From Spironucleus salmonicida (Eukaryota), in assembly GCF_000497125.1 (NCBI RefSeq), contig NC_090598.1, positions 186,001 to 250,000 on the forward strand: DNA of 64,000 nt, written 5' to 3'. Each line of letters starts with the position of its first letter. Positions within the stretch are counted from its first letter, which is position 1. The position numbers and the translations under genes are program-made. Below the pieces are notes generated by a model, which saw only the letters and a program-made list of their open reading frames with translations, was not told where the DNA came from and searched no databases. Positions 1 to 12,125 of this stretch are shown here, one piece after another.

Positions 1-2
1 TA

Positions 3-3000
3 TGTTTAGTTTAAACAGCTACTCACATTGGTTAGTTAGATGTTGTGGAAGGTTAGTTGACACTTAAGGGTTTGTTTGAGAATACTTTTTATGACGCTGT
101 TGATTTACCTCAACTTGGATTTATTATTGCTATAAATGCTCATAAGAGACTTTCTGCATATGGCTACAATGGTAAATGTTATGGCAAATGTGACTTAGCA
201 TTTAAACCTAGAAAGATGATTTTCCTTTAAAGTGGAGCTATATTAATATATACATATTGCGATAGGTTGGTTTAAGTTTTCATGAGAGTCTAAGAAAACG
301 GTAAAAAATGTGTGTTTGTACCAAATAGTCTCAGTACCCCAAGAATTTAAAGTTGCATTAGCACCAGTTGTCCTTAGGAGGTTCATGAATATTTAGAATA
401 AGTATTTGAATAACAAAGACCTGATGCGAATCTATTCCTGGGTAACTCTTTTATTTGTGTTGCTAGGGCCCACTCAGCTGCAGTCGTCGATTTTGCAGCA
501 TATTTTGTTTAGGTTAGTGAAAATGAAGGACTTAAAGATTTAGTGCCGAAGCAAAACCAATAGGAAAATGCATATTAATATTATATGTAATAATATAAAA
601 ATGCTGATATATCTATTTAACATGAAGCACTACAGCTTGCTGTTAAAATAACAAAAGACAAATATTAGCCGCATACAGAATTAATAAATTAGTGCAAAAA
701 TAAATTGAATCAAACACTCAAACTTTATGAAGAAGTATATCCAGATATTATTCCAGATTCTGCGCTGTAATCAGACAAATTTTAATAAATAATTGATGAA
801 ACTTTGGCATATATGTAAGATATGGAAAATGATTCTTGTAACTATGTTATTAAAGAATTCCCCAAAGAAATCAAAAAACCAGAAGACGTGAACATTAGGG
901 CATTTAATTTATCAGTTGATGTATTATCAAAATATGTTGAAAAATATGATGAAAATGATTATATGGATGCTAGAAAATAATAACTTGAAGTAATTTATGC
1001 TTAATTATAAGATAAATCTTCCAAATTTATTGAACAGTCAACTAAATATATCTAATACTAAGTTCCAATTGAAGCTGTATAAGAAGAAGTTGTAGTTGAG
1101 GAAGAGACATAAAATTAATCTACTAAAAAGAAGTTAGCTGCTAGACCAGTTAAACCAATAGTCGATGAAGAACCTAAATTATTAACTTATATTACTGAAA
1201 AAGTAGATGAAAAAACACAAGAGTTTGTTAACAGCTATGCAGATGCATGCTGGGATATTATTTAATAAACTAGAGCAGCTAACCTGAAAGCGAGATTATA
1301 TACTATTAACGAAGGTCTCAAATAATTTTTCCCTAAATTAGACTAATTTGATTTTCATTTCAACAAGACAGTTGAATCCATATTTAGAATGGACGCAACT
1401 GTAATACTTTAAAAGCAACTTACTTAGGAAATTTAGTAAAATCAAAGATAGAAAACTTAGAATGAAATAGATAAGCTAAGAAAATAAAGTGATGAAGAGT
1501 AAAACCAAAATATACAGTTTAAATCAGAAACCTCTGAACTTATAGACCCTAGTGTGGCTGACTCTATGATATCTGAGAATAAATCATTAGTTCCCAAATT
1601 TTCTAAAGTAGACCCATTAAAGATTCCTAAAATGGCATTAAAGCAATAAGAAAAAGAGCTTGATATTGAAGAGGATGTGAAAGATAATGAAGATTCCTTT
1701 GAAAAAGCGATTCTCGACGTAGAAACAGAAAACAAAGATATTGTCCATAAAAAGAGAATTTCTCGGAAAGTTCGCCAGTAAATCAAGGAGAATGAAGGCA
1801 AATTCATTGATATGTTTAATATTAATTCCGACACAGACCCAGTAATTTCAGAGCAGTAATTCATCCACATAGTTCGCTCAGCAATGTTAGCAAGGCAGGC
1901 GGTTTATAGCACTACGGTTCGTCAGAAGCATCTTCAAGTTTTCGATACTGCAATAGATGACGCAAATAGTCTTATTCATCTATATCTTCCAGAATGTGCA
2001 GTTGTGGAAAAGCGATTCGTACTTTTGCCAACGGACAAAATCGCCAAATCATCATGGGAAAGTCTCCTTTTGGCTTATGACTTGAGATTACACCAATTTT
2101 GCAGCGCAAAACAACTCCCTAGTAACCTTTCCGGACGTTAATTCATAAGAAATTTTAGAGCTATTAATCATTAAGGTTTACTGAGCTATTTGGGATATGG
2201 ATTCTCCAGTTTTAATTCATTTTATATCTTCACTTAGGCTGCTCCCGAGTTCACTTTACTTGATGTTCTATAAAACAAGGTCAAACCATTCAAAACGGAG
2301 GAGGATGTGAAAAAGTTCATTTACAAACTTTTGCAAACTGTCGATTTTTTGAATTCAGGTGAAATTAAACTTTTGCATAGAGATTTGAGACCAAGTTAAA
2401 TTTGGTTAGATATGAGTGGTGAAGAACCATGCCCTAAGATTTATCATATCGGTTTTATGTAGACCGTCTTGGCGAAAGAATAAGCAGAATTAGACATGTT
2501 TTTCGCTGCACCAGAGGTTATGTGTGGTGGTGTTACTCCGTAATCTGACGTATGGTCTATTGGTACGCTTGCGTTCAAATTGCTAGAACAATTAGTAGGC
2601 GTTAAAGCCTAACTATTCTAATAGGGAACGTTTTCTGACGACTAACCAAGAGATATTCCTCAAGGTTACAATGCCCAGCTAATGAATAATGCTTGGGTAC
2701 TAGCTTAGATGATTGAGCATGCTAAAGACGTCCAGGAGATTTCGAAAAATAGAATTATAGTCGTGAAGGATAATTTTAAAGATATTTTGCTCAAGGAAGT
2801 TAAGATTTCTGGTGAAAATCAAAAATCATTCATGCCTGCTTTCGGTATACTTCCATGGGACGCCGAAACTAAGGGAGTTCCAAGAGAGCCCAAAAATAAT
2901 GCACTTGCGAAACTCTATAAAAAGGTGGATGGCGATGCACTTGACTTCATATAGAAATGTTGGTGTATTCAACCTAGTAAGCGCGATGTTAGCCGCGTTA

Positions 3001-3053
3001 AGCTCTAACATAAATGGTTTGCGTCTCTTAATACCGAAATTGCTAAAAAGTGA
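3..3053 (+). CDS. Large protein (5' partial) with C-terminal divergent protein kinase domain, probably a pseudokinase
   Basis: Frame open under TAR=Gln from position 3 to TGA 3051-3053; joins track ORFs 1884..2141 and 2709..2954. Kinase motifs HRDLRPSQ, APE and DVWSIG are present; DFG is replaced by HIG. Confidence 0.8.
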
Positions 3054-3069
3054 GAAAATTGCTTCATTT

Positions 3070-5055
3070 TCATTCTGCACTTTCCTCTTCCCCTTCAAAG
3101 TCTTCTTCTCCCTGCTCTTGTTGCTAAACTCCATTTTGAGCTTCCTAGCTCTTCCTCTGAAGTCGCAAAAAGCGCGCCATTTCTCTTCCTAGAGCATTTT
3201 CAGTATCCTCATCGTTGTGTCTCTTCATGATAATTTTCTGGGATTTCTCAATCTTCTAAACACCAATTGGAGGAAGTTAAACCCATCGTAACTTACCTTT
3301 GAAAATATCCTTCACAATACGTCTTGCACACTGACCTTGTTCAAACCCAGTTTTTAACGTCATTGCAGTAAGTAAGTCGCTCCAATTCGTATAGAAAACA
3401 GAGCTTTTTACTTCTCCGAATGCCATTCCAACACCTGTTGAGAATTTTTCAGGACGCATGATTTGGACACCATAAACTTGTTCGAATACTTAAGCAGGAA
3501 TACGCTTGCAAAGTAGTGATATAGCAGTTTGATACTCTCTTTCTTAATCAATGGGAAGGATTCCATTCAAAATAAAGTCAGCTCTACAGTGGGCAAAACT
3601 AGGAAATATAAGACCTGGGCAATCACATAATGTAATCTGCTCTGAGAGCTCAAGGGTTTGGAAATGTTTTGTCTTTCCTGGGGTCTCACCAACCGCAGTT
3701 TTAGAACCCGTTTAGAGAGCTAAAACGTTAACAGTTGACGATTTTCCTATATTTGGATAACCAATGGTGCCAATTGTAGCCTTTTTACGAGGATTGATTT
3801 AGAGTCCCAATTGTGTACTTGATAGTATCGAAAGAAGGTCTGATAGTTCCTCCCTTGTGTAAATTCTTGGGGAGAAAATATGAGCTGGTAAGGAAGCATT
3901 GTTTAAAAGGACGTCTTTAATATCAAATTGGTGAGGAATTGTGTGGTCATCCGTGTGCATGGCGACACGTGGTACTGGAATTAAATTCCTGAGCTTATCA
4001 TCAATATTTTCTTTGCGTTAATTCAGTTTAAGCTATTTTTTGGATTATTTTTATTACTTTTCAGTTGCATAACGATTAATCGCTTCAAATGACTATCTTT
4101 TTCTTCTATGTCTCTGATTCGATTCCTCAGCAAAATCTGGGTTGAACTCTTCATTTTGCTCTTCTTCACTTTCACTTGAATTTTTTTTGTTCAACTCATT
4201 TTTAATATCTTGTTCAATAGCATCAAAATCAACTGTTTCTTTACCCATCCTAATTCGAAGCTCTTTCTCTTACTGCTCTTGCTTTTCAACTTTTTCAAGA
4301 TTCGATAGAAGTTTGATAAAAGCTTCCTCTCTTAACGCACTGAAATAGACGAAATCAATTTCTCGCTCTTCAAAATATTTTGCCCATTTTTCTCTAGCGG
4401 CAAGGGGTACAAGATCGGCTTTATTTAAAATTAGTATACATCTCTTTTCTCTCTTCTATTTTCTGCCTACTTCCGCCACATATTTAACTAAATCTCTAGA
4501 ATAAAATAGCAGAGGATTTCTAGCATCGACAATTTAAAGCAAAACATCGCTAAATTCAACAACTCTCCAAAGTTGTCTCCAGAAATCTAAATTCTTCTCA
4601 AAGGGTGAAAGCTCAACTACTCTGGTTTACTCTAACTCAGCAATTGCTTCTCTCCACAAATAAAATTATTACACCTCGTCATTATGAAGTTGTTGGGGTG
4701 TTGTTTACTTGTTCCAGTTTGGTCTTCTTGGAATTCTGAGTAAATTTGTATTGGTCTTCATGAAATTCTATTGTGTTTTAGTTGATTCTTAGACCTCAAA
4801 AAAGGAACTAGCAATACGAGTTTTTGCCTCAAACTCTTTTGTAGCCCTTTCTGCTTTTGATAGTACTGAAGCAAAGTCACCTTCTTCAGTTACAGATTTA
4901 AGAGGCTAAGAGCTAGATTAATAGTGTTCTAATCCTTATTCAAAATGGGCTGTTTTTGTTAATTAATGAGAGTTCTAGACTGCATTACCTAAGAACGAAT
5001 TCTTTTCAATTTTAATAGCACCTGTATACTTACGTGCTGTTCTATGTTTTCCCAT
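3070..5055 (-). CDS. LSG1: Large subunit GTPase 1 (circularly permuted GTPase, 60S maturation)
   Basis: MGKHR start; SPFEKNLDFWRQLWRVVEFSDVLLQIVDARNPLLF, GYPNIGKSSTVN, TPGKTKHFQT, LCDCPGLIFP motifs. Confidence 0.93.
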
Positions 5056-5177
5056 TTAACAAGGAACGGCAAAGGGAATGGTTTTTGTTGTAATATTATA
5101 TGCTTATTTTATTAAATTGTTAGCGATGAGATAACTATAATCGTAAACGTGCCAAACATAAATATTCACTCATAATA

Positions 5178-5819
5178 TCATTCCAAATCGGTATCTTATA
5201 AGTCATATACTCTTTTCTTTACATAATTCTTAAATGCTTGCTTTTAACGATCGCTAATTTAGTCTGATTTTTATTTAATATTAGCTTTATTAATATTTTT
5301 ATTAATGGGAAGGTCTTTAAAATATTCAAATAAATGATTACTCTATGTTCTTTGAGGTGTATATTACATAAATCTTTCATCCTCTAACTTCTAACCATTT
5401 AACTTTTGATTTATTATATCTTAATTTTTTTATTACTCATTTTCCCCCTAAAAAATTGTATTATCTTACTCATATTTATTTTTAGTTTCATTTTAAACCT
5501 ATTACTTCTCCAATTAGCTAAGTTTTTTATCGATTTTTGTCATATGTTTTGCCATTTTTGATACAGCTGATGCCATTTTTGAAATATGATCTAACATTAA
5601 GGATTATTATTAATAAATTAAATCAGATTTAGTTGAAATAGGTTTATGAATATTGTTTTAGTTTTATAACATAGTAGATGCTAAACTTGATTATGGTATT
5701 TGTTATTATCCAACAAATTATGTTACATCTGGTAACATTGTGCTGACTGATTGGAATTAAAGCTTCGCTAATTTAATATCTTTTCTTAGTTAATCAATTT
5801 CGAGCTAAGTTTGTTCCAT
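5178..5819 (-). CDS. Hypothetical protein (213 aa)
   Basis: Open ATG-TGA frame under code 6, with AGTGA just downstream of the stop. Confidence 0.65.
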
Positions 5820-5866
5820 ATGGAAAAGGAAATATTTTATAATATTATGATATAATATTATAAATG

Positions 5867-6331
5867 TCACTATTCTTCTACATGGCATGCCAAATCATTT
5901 GAAGTTAAAAATTGAAATGAGTCACGTTAGATCTATTGCAATTATCTTTAGCTATTTGTGATGAAATGCTTATTAAATCGTGATACTGGGCTAGATTTGT
6001 TCTTGTTCAATTTTGTTATATACTTTTATTATTACTAAGCTTATTATACTTGCTCTTTGGGTAAAAATACTGTATTGAGAGTGATAGCCTTCAAATCTAA
6101 ATGCCTAATTGAAGCTGAAGCAGTCGTTTATGTATTCCAATACTATCTCTTTTATTTATAATGATTTGATAACTGCAGTATTTCTTTGTATGTAATTTCA
6201 TTACAATCTTCTTAAATTTTAAGTTGCTTCTTCATCTTCTCTGAATAATATATTTTAAACAACTAGTCTCTATTTTATGACTCTTCTTCTACCTCCAAAA
6301 TACCTTCTGCATCCATAATATTTTAATCCAT
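5867..6331 (-). CDS. Hypothetical protein (~154 aa; start uncertain)
   Basis: Open frame ending TAG-TGA (AGTGA). Confidence 0.6.
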
Positions 6332-6454
6332 TTCTTAATGAAACCTTTACTAACATTTTATATTATTATAGATATTTAATTTCTAAAAGTTCTCAATTTT
6401 ACAAATTTTTATATAACCATATAATATATATGAATATCATACTTTTTACAAACA

Positions 6455-6476
6455 CGTTCCTCGCCCCTTTCCAAAA
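6455..6476 (+). promoter_or_regulatory. C-rich element directly upstream of the CRM1 ATG (example of a recurrent motif)
   Basis: CGTTCCTCGCCCCTTTCCAAAA-ATG; similar pyrimidine tracts precede LSG1, GlnRS, NadE, DWNN, POP1, SPT5, UTP11, copine and meckelin. Confidence 0.55.
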
Positions 6477-9281
6477 ATGTCATACGATGAGTTAATTGCT
6501 CAAATAAACATGCTAGATTCTCACGATCCATATTCCAAAAACTATGCATTTGAATATCTCTATAAAGTTGAAAAGGATACTAATTTCTAGTTGCTATTTC
6601 CATAACTTCTACAGTCAAATGACCTCAATTTTGTATTTTATGGGCTAAAATTCGCTGAGAATCTGGTGCTGAAAACTAATGCTTAAATTTAAGCGCTGTC
6701 TCCTTAGCTTATACTTTTTCTATAATAATTAACACTTTCGTAGGCTCCATTTTTCCTGAGGTAGAAAGCTTCTCAGCTGCTTTTCACTATGTCATTTTTC
6801 AACTTAGCTTCATTCCCTGAGAGTTTGATATTTCTATCTGATCAAAAGGATGATTAATTAGTCACTTTAGCAGCCGAAGCATTATCATAATTATCATAAT
6901 CGCTTATATCATTACATTGGAAGGGTGTTCCAATAGTAATATTGCGAAATTTCAAAGCGTAATTAATTTAGTTTTTCCACTCTTCAAATTTTGTCTCCTT
7001 TTCTCAGAAAATTTAATCAGAAAATTCAGCAAAGGCCCTTGCAAACCTACTAATTTTTCCGGCAAAATCACAACCATAAATTATAAATTTTGTTTTTTCA
7101 CATATGAAATTCTGCTAAATTAGTGAGATTTTCAAGCCAGGAAACTGCGAGTTCTTCACTATTTTACTTAAAATATGTAATAATATTTTTGCTGATTTAA
7201 AGGAATTGTAACTTGATTTTAATTTCATGTCATAAATTAATGAACTATTTTGGATCGTAGCTCTAGTTTGTAACGAATTAAAAACTTAATTTAATAGTAT
7301 ACTATGTTCAGAACTTACCGTTTTCATGAAGAATATAGTTTTTTCTCGATTTTTTAATCAGTTTATTAAATTTAGTATCGAAACTCAAATCAACAAAACA
7401 ATTAGCATCGATAGCGCTATTTTATATAAGCAAAGAAATGTGGAAAAGGTCAACTTAACGATTTACAGTTCTATGTGCAAAATGCTCGAAAGCGTTACTG
7501 TCATATATTAAAAGTGTTTTGAAACCAGTGATATTAATTTGATGAATAATCTTTTAGAATGTGTTTTATAAGTTTTAAACGTCTAGTGCGAGCCTAAAAT
7601 GAAGAAATACTTATTGGATATGTATAAGGATACATTTATTCAACTCATTGATATGATAATTTACAGTATTCAGCGCCCTACCGAAGTTCTATACTTTAAA
7701 AATGAGTTTGGAGAGGTAATTAGGGAAAAAATTGAGGAATCAAATTTGATAAATTTGAACAATTTGTAGTTAAGTGTATTAACGTCAATTGTTGGAAACT
7801 TTAGTATTTAGAATCAATATTTCGAGAAACTGCATTAAATGAGCTAAAATGGCGATGTATGTTAAATGTAATAATTAACTTATGTGTATCCCGCTTATGC
7901 TGCATCTGTTGAGCTTAAATATACTAAAAATAATACTTTGAAGATTAAGTTTGTTACACAAACTATGTAGTTATTTTTGAGTATTGCAGACGCCTTATAA
8001 CTATAAAATGATAAGCTGTTGGCTTATTATTGTAGCATTTACGTTGCTAGTAAGTCAATAACGTAGGTCAGTACCAGTTTAAAGCTGTCTTATATTATCA
8101 AATCTTATAATTACTTGTCCTCTGGTATTCCAGATATCACTGAAGCAACTGTTTAACTTTTAATTGCAATTTTTAATTCATTGAATCTAAAAGATGTTCA
8201 ACTTTAAAGTGAATTTTTTGAGCAATAAATTTTGCTTCCAATTTTCAGTATCAGTACAACTTATCTAGATTAGTATTAAATTCGTGATTTTTATTCTACT
8301 CTGACATAAATAATCACAGTTGACGATTATCTAGGAATATTGCTATTTCCAGTACAAAATCACTTTTCAGAAATCGTTAAAAATCTTAATCAAAGCATCC
8401 AAACCCATTTATTTACCAATGATGCTATTTGCAATATTTTAAATATTTTTTAGATTATTTTCTCATGTTCTGTTAATATAAATTCGGTAAGTTTAGATTA
8501 GTTTATCGAACCAATTTATGAATAAATTCGAGTTATTTGGAACTTTTATTGGTAGAACCAATAATAGTGTGATGTAATTGTTTAATCTCTTATTAAAGTT
8601 ATCTATTAAGTGTTGAAACAACTTATTTTGCATATCGATAAAGTGACTTTTAAGAACAAATATGATGGATTTATCGAATATATAATTTCGTAGGAAATAA
8701 CTCGTCTGAAATTATTTTGTGAAACTGAAAAAGCACTAAATGTTGAGCTTATATAATTTTTAGATTTGTTAACGGTAAGATAAGTTAATTTTGAACTATT
8801 TTTAATGTGCTTTGAGTAGCTTTAAAAGGTTTAGAGTATTGAGGAAGTAATTAATACATTCTGGCTTGTTTTTTAGAGCTTTTTCGAAAATGGCGCTATT
8901 TTACATACTAATTTGGTTTAAGAATAGAAGATTTAATTTTAATCTGTTTTCGTAACAATATCAACTCAATAACGATTTTCTACTTCCTTCTCATAATAAT
9001 TACTCATTAGGTTTGCTGATCAAATAAATTTTTGTATTTTAAGGCGTTCAGGATAGTAATTTATTAGCTTTTACTTACTAGAACTTATCAAAACAAATTT
9101 CTCAGCTCCAGAACAATTTATTTTGAATGTTTTTCAACAGGCGAAAGGTGTTTTGGGAGTTGAATACATTGCAAATATTTTAAGATAAAATATGACAATG
9201 TATTTTGACGAGGTACTGTAAGACGTTCTTAGTGGTAGTGACGAAGGGGTTAGGGATTTGCGGGTATTATCAAATGAGTGA
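6477..9281 (+). CDS. XPO1: Exportin-1/CRM1-like nuclear export receptor (934 aa)
   Basis: RPTEVLYFKNEFGEVIREKIEESNLINL resembles the CRM1 acidic (H9) loop KPEEVLVVENDQGEVVREF; helical HEAT-like sequence; ends GAG-TGA. Confidence 0.78.
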
Positions 9282-9331
9282 CGCGAAATTTTAGTATTAT
9301 ATGATATATTGGTATAATTATTCCGCTCAAA

Positions 9332-10087
9332 ATGACTTATTTATAACTGATTCCTGAGGAAATACCTAAACTATTTCCAAAATTGAATTAGGTCATTTAA
9401 ATGAGGGATTTAGCATCTTAATTTACATATTTAATAGATTAAAAGGAAATTTATAAAATTTAAACTTTCTGTAAATAGTCTTTTACGGATATTTTACTAG
9501 ATATCCTCAAAGAAGATGAGTTTTTCATTTCATAAGCTAAAGTTACTCATCCAGAAGCAGCTAAAAAATTTTTATTTAACTACTACATCATTAACTATTC
9601 ACCATATGTTAAATTGAAAACTGTACAAGTATTAGAGTAATATGCAAGCTCATTCAAAAATGAAATTATATTGGATATGAAGTTGAAATAAACTGAAATA
9701 TAACAGTATTATAGGTTTCTGAAAGTTCATTTTGAAGGAGCTGTACCTGTAATGGATATCGCTAAAACGCTGTTCACGCTTTAGTTTTGGTTATATTTAT
9801 TTGAATGGATTGGCCTTCAGAATCATTTACATTAAGTTGTATAGAAATACCAGTAAGATAGTTTATTAAAAGGCTAAGTGTCTACAGAAACGTAAACGAA
9901 AAACTATACACCTAATGACTTTAATATTGAACAAAATATTTAATATTAAGTTCAGACAGATGAAATGTAACAAGAAACTAGTAATTATGAATAAAATTTT
10001 AATAAGAATATTTAATAAATTGATTAAGAGCTTAATTAAACGATGGGATTGAATATATTAACAGCCGATTTCGATTGGATTGAGTGA
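9332..10087 (+). CDS. Hypothetical protein (251 aa)
   Basis: Open frame ending GAG-TGA. Confidence 0.65.
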
Positions 10088-10121
10088 ATAATATATAGTA
10101 ATATATAATATATTAATTTAA

Positions 10122-10829
10122 ATGTATCATCTTTATATAGATCTAGGTTAGTTTTGCACCAAGATAGCGTTTCTTCCTTGTAACCAGTATTAGTTTACTA
10201 TACAAACATCTCAAGTTAACATTTTTGATCTAATTTATAACACGCTTAGAATTAATCCAGAATGCACAATTCTGATTTTACCTTAAAATCCATTTTCTGA
10301 CTAAACTTTATAAAACACTCTTACTCAACTAAATTTCTAATAAATACTTCGCCCTTTGCAATCTAGTCTATACTTTTAAGGTCAAAACGGTATTCTTATC
10401 TAATTCGGCGAAGAGCATGTCTCAGTCAATTTCTATAAAAATTAATAGCCAATCTTCAATAAGTTCACTATTTTTAATTATGGAGAAAAAAATCGAATCA
10501 AAAGGCTGTTAGTTGAAGTCAAAAAATAAGCCAATTTAATTCAGTTAAATGCCTTAAGGAAAGCCATTTAGAATGGGGTAAAGGAAGGCGTTAAATTAAT
10601 TATGGGAAAGTAAATTTATATTACCAATGAAATGGTCCAATGTAGCAACCAATTTTATTCTTAAATTATTGATTATTGTATTAACAACTGGGAATTTTAA
10701 GATAAGTAATAATTGGTGATTAGTGGGTTTTTTGCTTAGGAGTTTTTAGATTCACATGTAGATATATTTTCAAAGTTTGATGTAGTTGTAACAAATGGTT
10801 TGGCATAGGCTAGTGAATTGATTAAGTGA
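10122..10829 (+). CDS. Highly divergent, short actin-related protein (235 aa)
   Basis: LYIDLGQFCTKIAF, IYNTLRINPE..LILPQNPF and LQSSLYFQGQNGILIQFGEEHVSV occur in the order of the actin-fold motifs. Confidence 0.6.
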
Positions 10830-11857
10830 AGTGATTATTTAATATAATTTAGTAATGCATATATTAAATAAAAGGAATTTTGATAAGTATATTCATCCAA
10901 TAAGTTTCCATATTCTTTAATTATCTCAATAAAATTGTATATAAGAAAATGATGAATTATTTACTCGGTAAAACTTGTTAATATAAATAATGTAAATATT
11001 ACAGTTAAACTATTATTCTTAAATTTTTATAGAAAGAATATCAACTAATGTGTATTATTTGTATAAAATAAAAATTCAACACTCAACCAATATCAAATTA
11101 TAGAGTTCATGAAAGTAGTATCATTGATTTCGGATTTAGTGAATATATATATTATCTAATAAATATTATTCTATGTGTAGATAGTAACTAGGTTACTTGT
11201 TTACTAAAGTTGATAGTTACAACATTAATTTTAATTTTATATACAGAAAAACATTAATTGGAGATAAATAAGTAATAAAAATAATACAGCAAAGTTCTTA
11301 TAGTTAAAGATAGGATATAACTAATGGTAATATATATTAGTTATATGCTTTGACTATATACATATCGACAGTACCTTAAAAATTAAACATAAAATGTCAC
11401 ATACAATCCTTTTTGAATTACTTATTATTTATAATTTTACTGCTTTAAAACTATTATCTTTTTTTTAGTTTGGCTTAATAAGTTTTTTGTTATATAGATA
11501 TAATTATATCAGATTGTAAATTGATGAAGCATAATAAAAATAGTCATTTTTTATTTACGTAATTTATTCCAGACCATCTATTAATACTATAAACTATAGA
11601 GATAACAAATTAATTTAAAGTTAATGCAATTTTATATTTGTGATTATATTGAATATTTGACCTTAGTCTGTATAAATAAATTTATATTTTTCATTATATA
11701 TGGATTTATTAGGTCATATTATAAAATATTATCAAAAATTCTTAATATTATTACAATGTTTTTATATATGAAATTAAAAATAATAAAACTACATCAATTG
11801 AGTCATGATTTCGTAATGTTAATCAATATAATATACCTATAATACTTTAATTTAAAA

Positions 11858-12109
11858 ATGAACTGGAAATAATAATATCAATCTAATGCATGGACAGGTC
11901 TAGAACCAGTTATTAAAAGTTATGAAGACTCTGAATTTGCTATTTAAAAATTAGTTTTAATAGCTAGAGAAATGGATATGCGTTTTCAAATAACACCATC
12001 GGTGTTTTAACTAGCTATGCATGAATACGTTGGATTAGCTTTAGATGATGTTGAAGCTAGAGAAGTTATTGAAGAAGATTATGAAATTGATGAATGTGGC
12101 GTATTTTGA
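11858..12109 (+). CDS. Small acidic protein (83 aa) ending in a CaaX-like motif CGVF
   Basis: MNWKQQ...DYEIDECGVF*, with AGTGA overlapping the end of the stop. Confidence 0.65.
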
Positions 12110-12125
12110 GTGAATTAATAATAGT

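Noticed and set aside
1457-1870. Minus-strand Ser/Phe/Leu-rich track ORF (also 2826-3134, 4142-4348, 12525-12734, 22440-22733, 25890-26108, 60035-60301)
   Set aside because: Antisense or off-frame shadows of real code-6 genes.
10949-11530. Long TGA-free frame and a box C-like ATGATGA in the 1 kb gap
   Set aside because: Long open frames arise by chance with a single stop codon in AT-rich DNA, the translation is not protein-like, and no nearby box D was seen.
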